DNA of 64,000 nt from the human T2T-CHM13v2.0 reference genome, Homo sapiens. Below are positions 1 through 11,447 of this stretch, piece by piece. The stretch is from the NCBI RefSeq assembly GCF_009914755.1, contig NC_060940.1, one strand, 5' to 3'. The notes beneath the pieces are model-generated. The model made no database searches. It was not told the origin of the DNA and saw only the letters and a list, made by a program, of their open reading frames with translations. The position numbers and the translations under genes are program-made. Position 1 is the stretch's first letter, and every line of letters begins with the position of its first letter.

Positions 1-366
1 CCTTTCTTTAACATGAATAGTGGCTGATTTTCTAGCTTCAAGAACCACTATGCTTTCCACTATGTTGACCTCATGGCAAAACTGCAAGAACAGCTATGAA
101 AACATTTCTCCTTATACAGATAAACGAAGAAGGCTACACCCTGGATCAGACTTAATTTCAATAAAATCGTCTCTCTTAGAAGCAAATGCCCTGTGCAATC
201 CACAGAGACAAGAGGGAAGCAAAGCTCAATGTGGACACGGCAAAGGCTAGACCAACTTGCAAAAAAAGTTCCACAGCTCTTTAGCGGTCTGCCTCAATCC
301 TGTTTTTCCCATAAACTCTGTTATTCTTAGTGGTGCGTGATTTTGCAGAATGCCAGGTGCAGATAG

Positions 367-450
367 AGTCAGCCCTCCATATCCATGGGTTCCACATCTG
401 TGGATTCAACCAACCACAAACCGAAAAGATCCAAAAAAAAATGGATAGTT
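367..450. mobile_element. MER2/MER8-type Tigger-family MITE terminus
   Basis: gtcagccctccatatccatgggttccacatctgtggattcaaccaacc resembles the MER2/MER8 end. Confidence 0.6.
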
Positions 451-751
451 GTGGACACTTCCCTACAGAGAGAGAACTGAGCCACCCCTACACACGGTTT
501 TACCACCACCAAGAGGCCATGAGCTTGGGAAAGAAAAAGACAATAGAGGGTAACACTCAACAGAAGGACAACGAAGGTCACACAAGGGTACTTTATATAC
601 TTAAACCAGTCTTCTGCTCACTGATTCAGTCAACAAGTAATTGAACGTACAAGCAGGTAGAAACCCAGAGAGAGACAAGAAAACTGAGAGCCTATCCCAC
701 TGATTATTTCTTCCTGACACCCAAACATCTTAGCAAAAGATTGACTAGAAT

Positions 752-960
752 CAGGTTGCAAACTCTAAAGTCTACTGGAGCCCAGTGAATGATTTAAGAA
801 GAATGGGTGCCTGGTAATAGGGAGCAAGGGGACAGGGACAAGCTAGAGATCATATGCTCCATCTAAAAGTGTTCAAATCGTTTTTCTTATCTACCATTGA
901 GCCAAGTCAAAATGCGTATGCAGCCTAGACCTGGCTCACAGGCTGCCACTCCATGGCCCC
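752..960. mobile_element. hAT-Charlie MITE (MER117-like)
   Basis: caggttgcaaactctaaagtctac...ggctcacaggctgcca. Confidence 0.4.
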
Positions 961-3634
961 TATGTTTAGCCGAATATAGACCAGGGCATCTGGCTAAGAA
1001 ATTTCACTTTCGATCCAGACAGATACCTGACTCTAAGACATAACCCAAAATTTAAAATCACCTTCCTATAAGTGATGGCTACAATGCACCAGAAGATGAT
1101 GAGAACTCCACTACAGGAGAAACAAACCAGAACTATCTATCAAGATCCAAGATTTTGGAACCTGAGCTTGATTTCTTATTTCTTCACTATGATTGAAGAG
1201 TGCTATTACATAAACAAAGTTTTCGTTTTCTGGTGTCTTTAAAAATCAGCACCTATTCCTAACAACTGCTTTATGGAGGTTCACTCTTTACAACTTAATT
1301 GTCTGAAATGCCAAAGAAAAGATGAAGAATCTCTACAATCCAAATCACACTTCACCATAAAGGCTCAAAGATAATGTCAGCAGACACACAGGTGAAATAT
1401 ATCAATTACAAACGTAAGAACTCTTGGCCCACTAAAAACGTGGTTTCTTGAGTAGAGATTGCGAGAAGCCATTTTATGTACACTTTAGTATAATATTTAA
1501 TGAAAGTAATAAACAGGTCTCATAATTTAGAATGAAATCTGTTTTCTTTTTTTCCTTTCAAGGCCAGTCAACATACACTGGATATTCCAATATTTTTCTT
1601 AAATCAATATGCTACTTTTTACCCACATAACAACTTTACAGTCAGAAATATATATGCTAATGTACACTTAGCACTTCTTAATTGTTCTTAAAGCTAAATT
1701 TGAACAATAAATTAAATTTCTCAGTATATGTTATGTAATGTAGACACAGGCTATAAAAATGTTGACATTCGTTATATTCTCGTAATGCAATTTAGCCCTT
1801 TTAGTAATGACTATGCAAATAATCAGCCATGGGAAAGCCATTTTCCATCTAGTACAATTACCTACTATCACAGAAGTAATTATTATTATTGTCCTCCTTA
1901 ACTGAAATTCTATAAAAACTCTTGAGATACTAAGATAGTTCCAAGGCCACCGTGAAAACTCTCCTCTTAACAGACTAATCTGGCAACGACAATTACCAGC
2001 GTTAAGGAGGGCAGTTGCAGATGAACATTAAACAAGAAATTATCCCCAGAAGGTTCATAAGTTCTAAACTTTAAATGGGGAAATACTGATGACTCCTAGT
2101 ACATCCTCTTAACACCTTCAAGACACAACTTTTCACTCAGGCAAGGTCAACAGCTCTAAGCTGACTCAACCTCAATTCGTAGAAAACCATGATTCCAACC
2201 AGATCACTTTCACCCCTAAACAATATCTACTTTTAGCCAATGTCCCCACAGTACTGGTTACACATAAGGAAACTCAATCAAACCTTCTATTTTACTGTGC
2301 TTCAATTTTCAATTTCAGAAATTGTTCCACCATCTTGAAACAGACCAAGGCGCTTGGGTGATCCATTGGCCACATTTGCCGAAGTTCTTCACAAGATCTC
2401 TATCCAACTTCACCTTGTCTCTTAGCATAGAGATGAGGACGGCCACAGGGTAGTGAAGAGGGCAACATACACCATTCTTTCAAGGAGCTCTAAGGTCTCC
2501 CACCCACCCCACCTGAACCTGCTGGCCGGCAGTCCAGGCCTGGGCCTCACCAACTCCAGAATCATTCACAAGAACATGGTCACACAGGAGACCTGTGCTC
2601 CTTTCTCCATTCTTCTTCTCTAACGCCAGTCAGCAAACCCACCACCTGAAAAAGCTTCAACTGCCCACGAGGGCCTAGAGGAAAGAGCTTCTTAGGAATC
2701 ACCCCCTGCAGTCTGTCGTGGGTGGATCACCCTACAATGTCTTATGCAAAAGGCTAATTCTACCCCTTCTGGGTGCTTATCTCAATGGAGCCCCAAAGCC
2801 TTAAGAACCAGATGGCGTTAACCAATTTATGTTCCGGGAAGTGCAGGTCCAGGCTAACCCATGCGGCTGGTTTCACGGAGGCCCAGAAGGCCCTCTGGTT
2901 GAAGATGGCTGGTCTCTTAACTTCTTTATCCTGAACCTGGTCTTGGCGGCCAACACCTCTGAGGCCATTCCCTCTGGGGAGTGGTGGCTGGCTGTTCCTT
3001 GTGTTGTCCACTTGTGGAAAACCCAAAGCAGTAACAGTTGTGTTCCTAAGCCCTTGCTCCCCAAAGACCATGGGTGTTCCTCCATTGTTTGAAAGATGCC
3101 AGACTAATGTCTTCCTTCGCCACTTTTGGGAAGACATGAGAGTATCCAACGCTGGCCACTACTCATTAGGACCTGGAGCCAGGTATCCACTGAGGGTGAC
3201 GAGAGTACTGGGCGCTGGGCTGGCATCTGTGTCCTATGTCCCCAACACCTCAGACTTCCACGTTCTCCTCCCACCCAGGGCCCTCCGCAGCGCCCCCTTT
3301 CGCCCCCAGGGAGCACGACACCCGCAAGGGCCACCCCCACGCCCGAGCCCGGAGGGCGTCCGAGCTGGTGCGGGGGCAGCAGGTGGGGGGTGAGGGAGGT
3401 GGCCCGGGGACCCCGGGGAGCGGTTTGGCGGTTGTCCCCCCGAACCCCCACCCAGCCTCCCCCTTCGCAGCCCCCCGGGACCCCGCCTCGCCCCGGCCAG
3501 GCTCCGCTCCGATCGCCCGCCCCCCTCCTCCCCCGCGCCCCCGGCCCAGCCGGGCCGCGCAACCCCCGCCCCACACCCCCGCCGGCCGCGGCGCGCCCCC
3601 CCGCATTCCCAGCACGTCCGGCGCCGACTTTTAC

Positions 3635-3790
3635 CTGTACTTTCTGTACTCGAGGCGGCTCGTCGGGCGAGAAACACCTCCCCGGGACCGCTACCTCCCC
3701 CGCCCCGGCTCCGCCCGGCTTCCTCCTTCCCCTCCAAGGCCGCAAAGTAGATGGAGTAAGAGAGTGTGTGTGCGAGAGAAAGAGAAAGAG
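3635..3790 (-). other. Candidate alternative non-coding first exon of CDYL2
   Basis: Donor CAG|GTAAAAGT with intron starting at 3634; pyrimidine-rich initiator-like stretch near 3790; no ATG; 5' boundary is a guess. Confidence 0.4.
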
Positions 3791-4007
3791 GGAGCGGGCG
3801 CGGGCGCCGCGGGAGGCGGCGGGCGGCGGGCGGCGGGCGGGAGGCGCGCCCGGCCCCCGCCACCCTCCGGCCGCCGCCGCCGCCGCCGCGGGCTCGGCAA
3901 CTCCGGATTGCGCCCGGCCCCGGCCCCGGCCCGGTCCCCGCCGCCCGCCGCCGCCGCCCGCCGCCGCCCGCTGACTGGGGCCGGCCCGCGCCCCCGCGTC
4001 CCCGTAC

Positions 4008-4031
4008 CTCGTAAAGGTCCCCAGAAGCCAT
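4008..4031 (-). CDS. CDYL2: CDYL2 (chromodomain Y-like 2) first coding exon, MASGDLYE; the gene continues off the left edge
   Basis: Minus strand reads GGC ATG GCT TCT GGG GAC CTT TAC GAG|GTACGG: good Kozak context, phase-0 GT donor at 4007-4006. The peptide matches the recalled CDYL2 N-terminus MASGDLYEVERIV. Lies in a CpG island. Confidence 0.93.
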
Positions 4032-4084
4032 GCCAGGCTGCGGAACTTGGCTCGCCGGTGTGCGCGTCTGCTCGCTCGCGCCCT

Positions 4085-4157
4085 CCGTGCGTGTGCGCGC
4101 GGGGTCCGGTGTGCGCGTGTGTGTGCGCGCGTGTGTGTGCGAGTGTGTGTGGTGTGT
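4085..4157. repeat. Alternating purine-pyrimidine (GT/GC) tract
   Basis: gtgtgcgcgtgtgtgtgcgcgcgtgtgtgtgc. Confidence 0.85.
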
Positions 4158-4244
4158 TGAGTAAACTGTGTTTTTGCAGAATGACAGGCTTGGGGGCTGC
4201 CTATGCGCAGAATCAGAGCGGGCGGCGGCGGGGCTGGCGTAACC

Positions 4245-4274
4245 GGCAGCAGCGGCGGCGGCGGCGGCGGCGGC
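4245..4274. repeat. (GGC)n/(AGC)n trinucleotide tract just upstream of the CDYL2 ATG
   Basis: ggc agc agc (ggc)7; further CCG runs at ~3869-3889 and ~3940-3970. Confidence 0.9.
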
Positions 4275-6479
4275 ACGAGCGCGGGCAGCAGCGACGGCCG
4301 CGCAGCGCGCCCGGGAGGCACGGACGCGGCCCGAGCGCCGCGGCCCCCGCGACCCGGCGACCCGGCGGCGGTGGCTGCAGCCGGCAACGGCTCGCCCCGG
4401 CGCCGCCTGCAGGAAGCCGCCCGGCGCCCGCCGCCGGCCCGGACGCTGCTGCCACTGGGCGAGTCCCCGCCCCCCGGGAGCCCGGCCCGGCCCCCGGGGC
4501 GGGGAGGCGGGGGCTGCTGCCCGGCCGCGCCCCGGGGGACCGGTCCCAGAGTCGACTAGCGCTCGGGCCCGCCCCGCCACCCCGGGCCGGCTTCGGGAGC
4601 AGCTGGCGGGGCCCCCGGGGGGCGGCGGGCCAGGTGCCCGCCGGGTGCGCCCGATCTGGGGCCGCGAAGGGGCGGCCGGGGAGCCAGGTAGAGGGCTGCG
4701 GCTGCAGACCTCAGGGAAGGGGCCCCAGCCGAGCCCCGCCGGCCCGGGGTCCCCACCTACCTCCTCCACCCTCGAGGGGAGTGGACGCCGCCTGGGAGAC
4801 CTGGCCCCTCGGGGCTGCGCGGCCCCTCCCTCCAGGCTGGGTTGTAAGATGTGGAGGCCACAGGGAGGAAGGATGAAATGGCCCATCCAGAGGCACCATG
4901 GGGATCCAGGACAGGCGTGGCCACCCCATAAACCCTGGAAAGTCTTTAGAGCCAGGGGTGGCCTTCCCTCAACAACCCCTCTCCCCGAATTTATTCACTC
5001 ATCCCTTACTCAAACATTTACCAAAGTCAACCCAAGTGCACAGTGTCCCTGGACAGGCAAAACTGGGACCCTGCCCAGAGACAGTTTGAATCCGCAAGTG
5101 AGGAGTGTAATGGAGCACTCAGTTGTTCTAAAAGGTCATCCTGCGTGTGACAGGCTGCGGAGCTGGAGGAGCTAGAGAAGCTCTCCAAAACCCAAATCCG
5201 TTCCTAAGCCATCTCTCATGGATAAATGGTCACCCCTCTGCTTAAAGGGTTCTCCTTATAAATATTTATGTATATAGTTACTTCAGAACCTGCAAGGTCA
5301 GACTTCTGAAATTGGAGGGAAGATCTTCATCCCCACCCATGAAATGCCTGCCTGGCTCCAGATGTGATGTATCATTAACTCACATGCTCCCTGGATCATT
5401 TTCTACTTGGGAGGCTGTGGGCAGGTCACCGAACCCTGATGGGAGATGGTGATAGTCACCTAAGTGATTTAAATAGAATTAAGGAGAGGATCTACGTATA
5501 CATGAAGTGACCTGTCCATCCCAGCAGAACTCAATAAAGGTGATTTGTATCTGAGTCTCAACCTGGACTGCCCTCATGGAGAGTGAGATGGCAGAGGGGC
5601 TCGATAAATTGTTTAATCCTGAGGTTGTCAAACTTTGAAAAGTCACCAAATTTTTTAATCCAAAAAAAAAAAAAAAAAAAAAAAACTCCATGGAACCTGA
5701 AGCATGTCTGGCTCATTCCAGGACACATGGATTTGCATTTGCTGTTCCCCCTGCCTAGAATGTCCTTCCACATTGAATCCATCTGGAACATTCTTGTTCT
5801 TCGTATAGGGGCTTGTTTATCTTTGTATCGCAAGCATCTTCCACTGTTCCTGAGAGAGAGTAGGTACACAGTGATTGTTTTTCGAACTATGCCAATATAA
5901 CAAATTTTATACCAATTTCTAGTTAAAATCCCGCATGAAGATAAGGAAAAAATGGTGAGGATAAGGAATTAATAAATCAGAAAGCATATTTGGCTTAGAA
6001 ACTGTTGAAATTGTTATAGAACTTCTCTCTTCATATTGATATTTTCCCGGTGGTCATGGTTTTAAATAATAACAGTAATAATAAGCAGTTCTCTATCTGT
6101 AGGTAGCTAAACAAATTTTAATGAGTCTTAATTTGTACTCACGAATAAATGCACCACCATAGCATGAGGATGTAATTTGGAAGAAGACAAGAAGGAAACT
6201 GGGCTTGGAAATAATATACTAAGCCAAATTTGAATATATAATCAGTAGTTTTACAAAAACACCAAAAGCTTGACTTGTACTGGCCAAGTACTCCCTGAGA
6301 ATGTGAGTGCAGTTTGAAAAACCCTAGTCTAGACAACAGTTGTTTACAGAGTTCACAGAAGAGGATACTTAGTGTGGATGACCATGCTCAGGAAATGTTT
6401 TAGGACTGAAATGGATCTTGAAGACTCATAGAAAAGGAAGGACAGTGTTTTCCGTGAGGAGAAGAAGTCAGAGTAGATG

Positions 6480-7010
6480 GTAAGCAATTCTGCTATGGGA
6501 AGGGTATGAGAAGATTGGAGGACTGGTTTATGGAGGTCACAGGACCCTGGATGGTGAATGTGGGTCAGTTCGGAGATAGTCTTGAAAGCCAAGCTAAGAA
6601 GTTTGCTATTTAGTAGGTCAACAGTGGAGAAACTGATGAAGACTTTTGAATCAATCAAAAGCATGTGACTATCAAAAGTGCACTGTAGAAAACAAATTCT
6701 AGAAGAAATATGGGAAATCAACTGCAGGGTTTGAGGTTAGGGGCAGGGAGACCAATTGCAATGGTCCCTGGTGTTAGCAGTGGAAATGAAGAAGAAAAAT
6801 GGGATTTGCGAGATGTTCAGAAGGAAGAACCAGGCTAACTTTCATTATGGTTACTCCACCTACTTCCATGAAGCATTCGATTCAGATCAACAGGACTTGA
6901 TGACTAACAGGATGTGTGTGCATTGAGGACTTGGGGAGGGGCCGCGACTAAGGAAAGGATACAGAGATGACTAAGGTTTTAAACTGAGTGACTGAGCTAC
7001 CCATCCGTCA
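6480..7010 (-). mobile_element. L2 fragments
   Basis: Purine-rich degenerate L2 motifs (gccaagctaagaagttt, gatgactaaggtttt). Confidence 0.55.
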
Positions 7011-7239
7011 TAACACAATTTTATTTTGAGCTTACCCCCAGACCATGGCTAGCTTCCAGAAAAGGCAGGTGCTTCCTGAGGGATGAAGGGGGGAAGGGTC
7101 TTCACCCACTGTAGGAAGTTCAGCCCAACCAATTAACAGTGAGGCTCTAGGTTCTCCAGATGATAGAGAACTAGTGTTGCTCATGGAGAATGGAAGATAG
7201 CTGCCATCTTCCACAAACTGTGGTAGACTATTCATATTG

Positions 7240-7625
7240 GTCGTAACTCAAGATGAACTGATAGAAAGCTCTAACTTAAAACAACAGAGTATTTCCTGAC
7301 TCATATAGACTAGAAAAGGATGGAATTGCTCTCAGGATTGGCCGGATTCAAGGTATGAAAGGATACAAAATAGCCTCTCTTACTCTCTCCTTCTTTCTGC
7401 ATGCTGGTATCTTTCCTGCTGAAGACAGGCTTCTTCCATGCAGCTGAGAATATGGCACCTGGCCACTCATCTGGGCTTATGCCTTATACAGTATTTCTAA
7501 ATCCCAGGGAAGGACTCTATTGGGCCAATGTAGCTCATATGCTGTCTTACTGGTCCAATCACCATAGTCAATAACTGATAGGACACTATGATTGGCCAGG
7601 CTTAAGTCATACTCCTATCTATGGG
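7240..7625. mobile_element. Old MaLR LTR (MLT1J/K-like)
   Basis: ggaaggactctattgggcc...ccaatcaccat...atgattggccagg. Confidence 0.55.
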
Positions 7626-7929
7626 AACAATATGACAATTGGCAGTTTTACCAGAATTACATGATGGGAATCGGGTCTGAGCAGAAGCCTAAAGGAATGG
7701 TGGAAGGAATACTGAAACGGTAGGTGTTTACGCCAAAACAAATCTGAGACAGAAAGGGAACTTAGAAGCAAGGGCAGTAGCTGCCTGGAACACGGCCTTT
7801 TTAATATAATAGAGCAAGACCAGCAAGTGTAATGTCCAAGGAAAGATCGTATCCACTGCCTTAACAGTGGCATTGAAATGTGGCAATATTCTCCTTCCGG
7901 TATTACTTGAGACATAATCTTGACCTCCT

Positions 7930-8880
7930 GTATCCTGTGGTGGCTGAACATGTGGGCTCCAGAGGCAGATGGCCTGGGTTCCAATTCTTGCATCATCACT
8001 ACTAGATATCTGGTGTCAGCCTCTTTGTTTAACCTCTCTACCCTTCCATTTCCAAATGTATGTGTTATTTATTACTGCATGATGAATTATCCCCAAAACT
8101 TAATGGTTTTAAACAAAAGGTTTTTCTAATTTCACAGTTTGTGTGGGTTGTGGATTTGACAGCAACTTAACTGGGGGTGGTTCTGGCTCAGGATCTCTTG
8201 TGAGATTGCAGTCAAAATGCTTGCTAGGACTGCATTGACCTGAAGGGTTGGCTGGGCTGGAGAATCCACCTCCAAGATGGCACCCTCATATGGCTGTTGG
8301 CAGGAGGCCTAAGCTCCTAGCCACATGGGTCTCTCCATAAAGTTGCTTGAGTGTTCTCATGTCATTCTGATCTTGGCCCCCCAAATCCAACAAAATGAAG
8401 CAAAACTGTCAAAGCTTCAACTCTTTCTAGCACAGAGCAGCTAACGAATCTGATGTTATAGTCCATGCTAAGAAGACTATTTGATGCACAGATGATTTAC
8501 GACATGTCAGGTTGGATAACTGGAGATGTTATCTGATCCACACACCTCACTTTGAAGATGGAAAAACCAAGACCCACATTGGGTGATCCGAGAGAGAGAG
8601 CAAGGAGGAAGTCACAATGCCTTTGAATATCTCATCTTAGACACCAAACATAGTCACTTATTCTATTCTTTAGAACTGAACCACTAAGCCAAGCTCATAC
8701 TCAAAAGGAAGCAAATTAGAATCCACCTTTTAAAGGGAGGACTATCAAAGAATTTATGGACATGGTTTAAAACCACCACACCCTATCTATAAATTGAGGT
8801 GATAGATACCCCATAGAGTTGTTTTGAGAATTAAATAAGCTAATCCATGCAAAGCATCTATAATAAGGGCTGAGTAATAG
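7930..8880 (+). mobile_element. MIR split by an MLT1 LTR (halves ~7930-8056 and ~8781-8880)
   Basis: MIR core motifs continue on both sides of the LTR. Confidence 0.6.
8057..8780 (-). mobile_element. MLT1F-like LTR with a ~220-bp foreign insert
   Basis: ccccaaaacttaatggttttaaacaa...ggagaatccacctccaagatgg...aaaaccaccaca. Confidence 0.7.
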
Positions 8881-9099
8881 TCCCTGTTGTAATGACAACT
8901 ATTACCCATTTCAAACTTAATATGAGTCACTAATATCCTTGAATGTCAAAGATTCCTATAGAAAGGCAGTAAGTCAAATAAAACCTTCAAACTGAGTATT
9001 GTTTTCAAGCTATGCAGAAATTCTTGTTACTAATTAGGCTTTATTTTCAGCATTCATTTGGTATATTTTACTTCCATAATAATGTTTATTATTATTAAA

Positions 9100-10560
9100 G
9101 TCATACTTATTTAGTATCTACAGTGTGCTAGATATTATTCTTGTTGAACAAAATAGTGTCCTACCCTTATGGAGCTTATTCTTGTTGAACAAAACAGTGT
9201 CCTTATGGAGCTTACAGTACAGAGGAGACAGAATAAACCAAGAAAATAAAACACATATATACATAATTTTATTTCAGGTAGTGATGTGAAGTAGGAAGAA
9301 AAGTGAAGCAGGTAAAGCGACAGGAACTGAGATGGAGGGTGCCGGGGACAGGAAGGGGTGCTGGCTTAGATAAGGTGCTTAGGCAATACCTCACTAAGGT
9401 GGTGACATTGCAACAGAAATTTGAACAAAATGAAGGAGGACACAAATCAAATCAAAGGGCAGAGAATGTCAGAGAGAGAAAATAGCAAGGGCAAAGCCCT
9501 GAGGCTGGAGAAGCTGGGTGTGTTCAAGGTCCTGCAAATAAGCCAGTCTGGCTGAAACCAACTGAGCAAGAAGGAACATGGGAAGAGATAGAGAGCTAAC
9601 CAAGGTCAGGGTAGGCCAAGGGAAAGAATTTGGATTCCTCCAAGTGACAAGAGAGGTCATCTGGGAGGCTTTGAGCAAAGGAATGATACGATCGCATCAC
9701 TCAGCTCCTAGATAGAGGAATGGCATGAAGAAGGACAAGGGTGACGTGGGCCACCTTTGCAGAAGTCGCTGAGTGAAGTCCTAGTGATGGGGAATAAGGA
9801 GGAAGCTGTCAAGATGAAGAGATGTAGTTGGATTGAGGATATATAGGATAATACTTGAGACAAGAGGAAGGGAAAGGAATGCTAAATTTTTAGCCTGAGT
9901 ATTCAGGTGAATGGAGGTGGTGCCATTTACTGAGCTGAGGACAATGGGTGAGTATTGCATTAGTAGGTGGTATCGGGGTGGGTGAAGGGAAATCAATAGT
10001 TCCATTTTAGGATAAGTTAACTTTGAGATGGGAATTCAATATCCAAGTAGAGTCAAGGAGGTATTAGATATGTGAGTCAGGAACTCAGCCGGACATTTAT
10101 GTGGCTGGGCAGCATATCGATGACAATGAAAGGATACTTGCTATGATGACTGGTGGGATGAACGCAAGTCTGAAAGAGGAGAGGCCCTAGGACTGAGCCC
10201 TAGAGCAGGTTAGCATTCAAGGGTCAGGAAGAGGGTGAGGAAGAAGTGAAGGAGCCTGAGAAGGCGTGAGTGAGAGAGGGAACCAACACAATGTGCTGTC
10301 CCAGATTCAAGTGAAAGACAGCAGAATGAACCTTAAATGTTGGTGGAAGGTTGGGAAAGAAGAGAACTGGGATTTGGCAATGTGGAGATGGGTTTTGGTG
10401 GTACAGGAAAGTTCAAAGTTAGACTGAAGCAAGTTAAATAGAGCTTTGGCAGAGGAGAAGTGCAGATGGTGAGCACAGGTGACTCATTCAAGGCCTTTTG
10501 CTATAAAGAAGCAGAGAAGTGGGTCAGTAGGTTGAGGGGGGCGCCGGACGCAGGAATAGT
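9100..10560 (-). mobile_element. L2 (long degenerate segment)
   Basis: cccttatggagcttacagt, gggcaaagccctgagg, ggtgccatttactgag, ggactgagccct motifs. Confidence 0.75.
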
Positions 10561-10579
10561 TTTTAATATAGAAGCTATT

Positions 10580-10949
<370 letters not shown>

Positions 10950-11039
10950 TTACAGGAACAGAGTCTTTGAAAATGCCAACAGAGAGGGGATGTAGAAGTC
11001 CAAAGTGGAGGAACTAGATTTAGGAGCACAGAGTCAATC

Positions 11040-11447
11040 TGTATTAGGTTGAATTCTGTCCCCGCAAAATTCATGTCCACCCAGAACTTCAGAACATGAC
11101 CTTATTCGCAGATGTAATTAGTTAAGATGAGGTCATTAGGGCTAGACCCTCATCCAGTAACCAGTGTCCATATAAGAAGAGAAAACAGAGGCAGAGGCAG
11201 ACAGAGAGAAGGCCATGTGAAGATGGACACAGAGACTGAAGTGATGCATCTGCCAAACAAGAAATGCCAAGGATTGCCAGCTACCACCAGAAGCTAGCAA
11301 GGGGCAAGGAAGGATTCTTCCCCGGAGCCCTGCCAACACCTTGATTTCAGATTTCTAGCCTCCAAAACTATGAGAGGATAAATTTTTATTAGTTTAAGCC
11401 ACCACGTTTTGGTAATTTATTACAACAACTGCAGGAAACTCAAACAC
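11040..11447 (+). mobile_element. MLT1B/C LTR
   Basis: tgtattaggttgaattctgtcccc...gtttaagccaccacgttttggtaattt. Confidence 0.8.

Larger units (their letters stand above)
1..4007 (-). other. CDYL2: CDYL2 intron 1 (5' part)
   Basis: Follows the exon-1 donor; no chromodomain-coding exon 2 (VERIVDK...) is seen in the window. Confidence 0.85.
3280..4830. promoter_or_regulatory. CpG island / CDYL2 promoter and 5' UTR
   Basis: Very high GC, dense CpG, multiple GC boxes (CCCGCCCC/GGGCGG), CCG runs and G-runs; sharp contrast with the flanks. Confidence 0.95.

Noticed and set aside
2760-3149. 129-aa minus-strand ORF in CDYL2 intron 1
   Set aside because: No similarity recognised and no convincing splice sites
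3001-5175. Long overlapping ORFs (282-550 aa) on both strands
   Set aside because: Low-complexity Pro/Arg/Gly/Ala frames expected from stop-codon depletion in a CpG island; only MASGDLYE is recognisable
5786-5801. GGAACAttctTGTTCT ARE-like motif
   Set aside because: Spacer is 4 nt rather than 3
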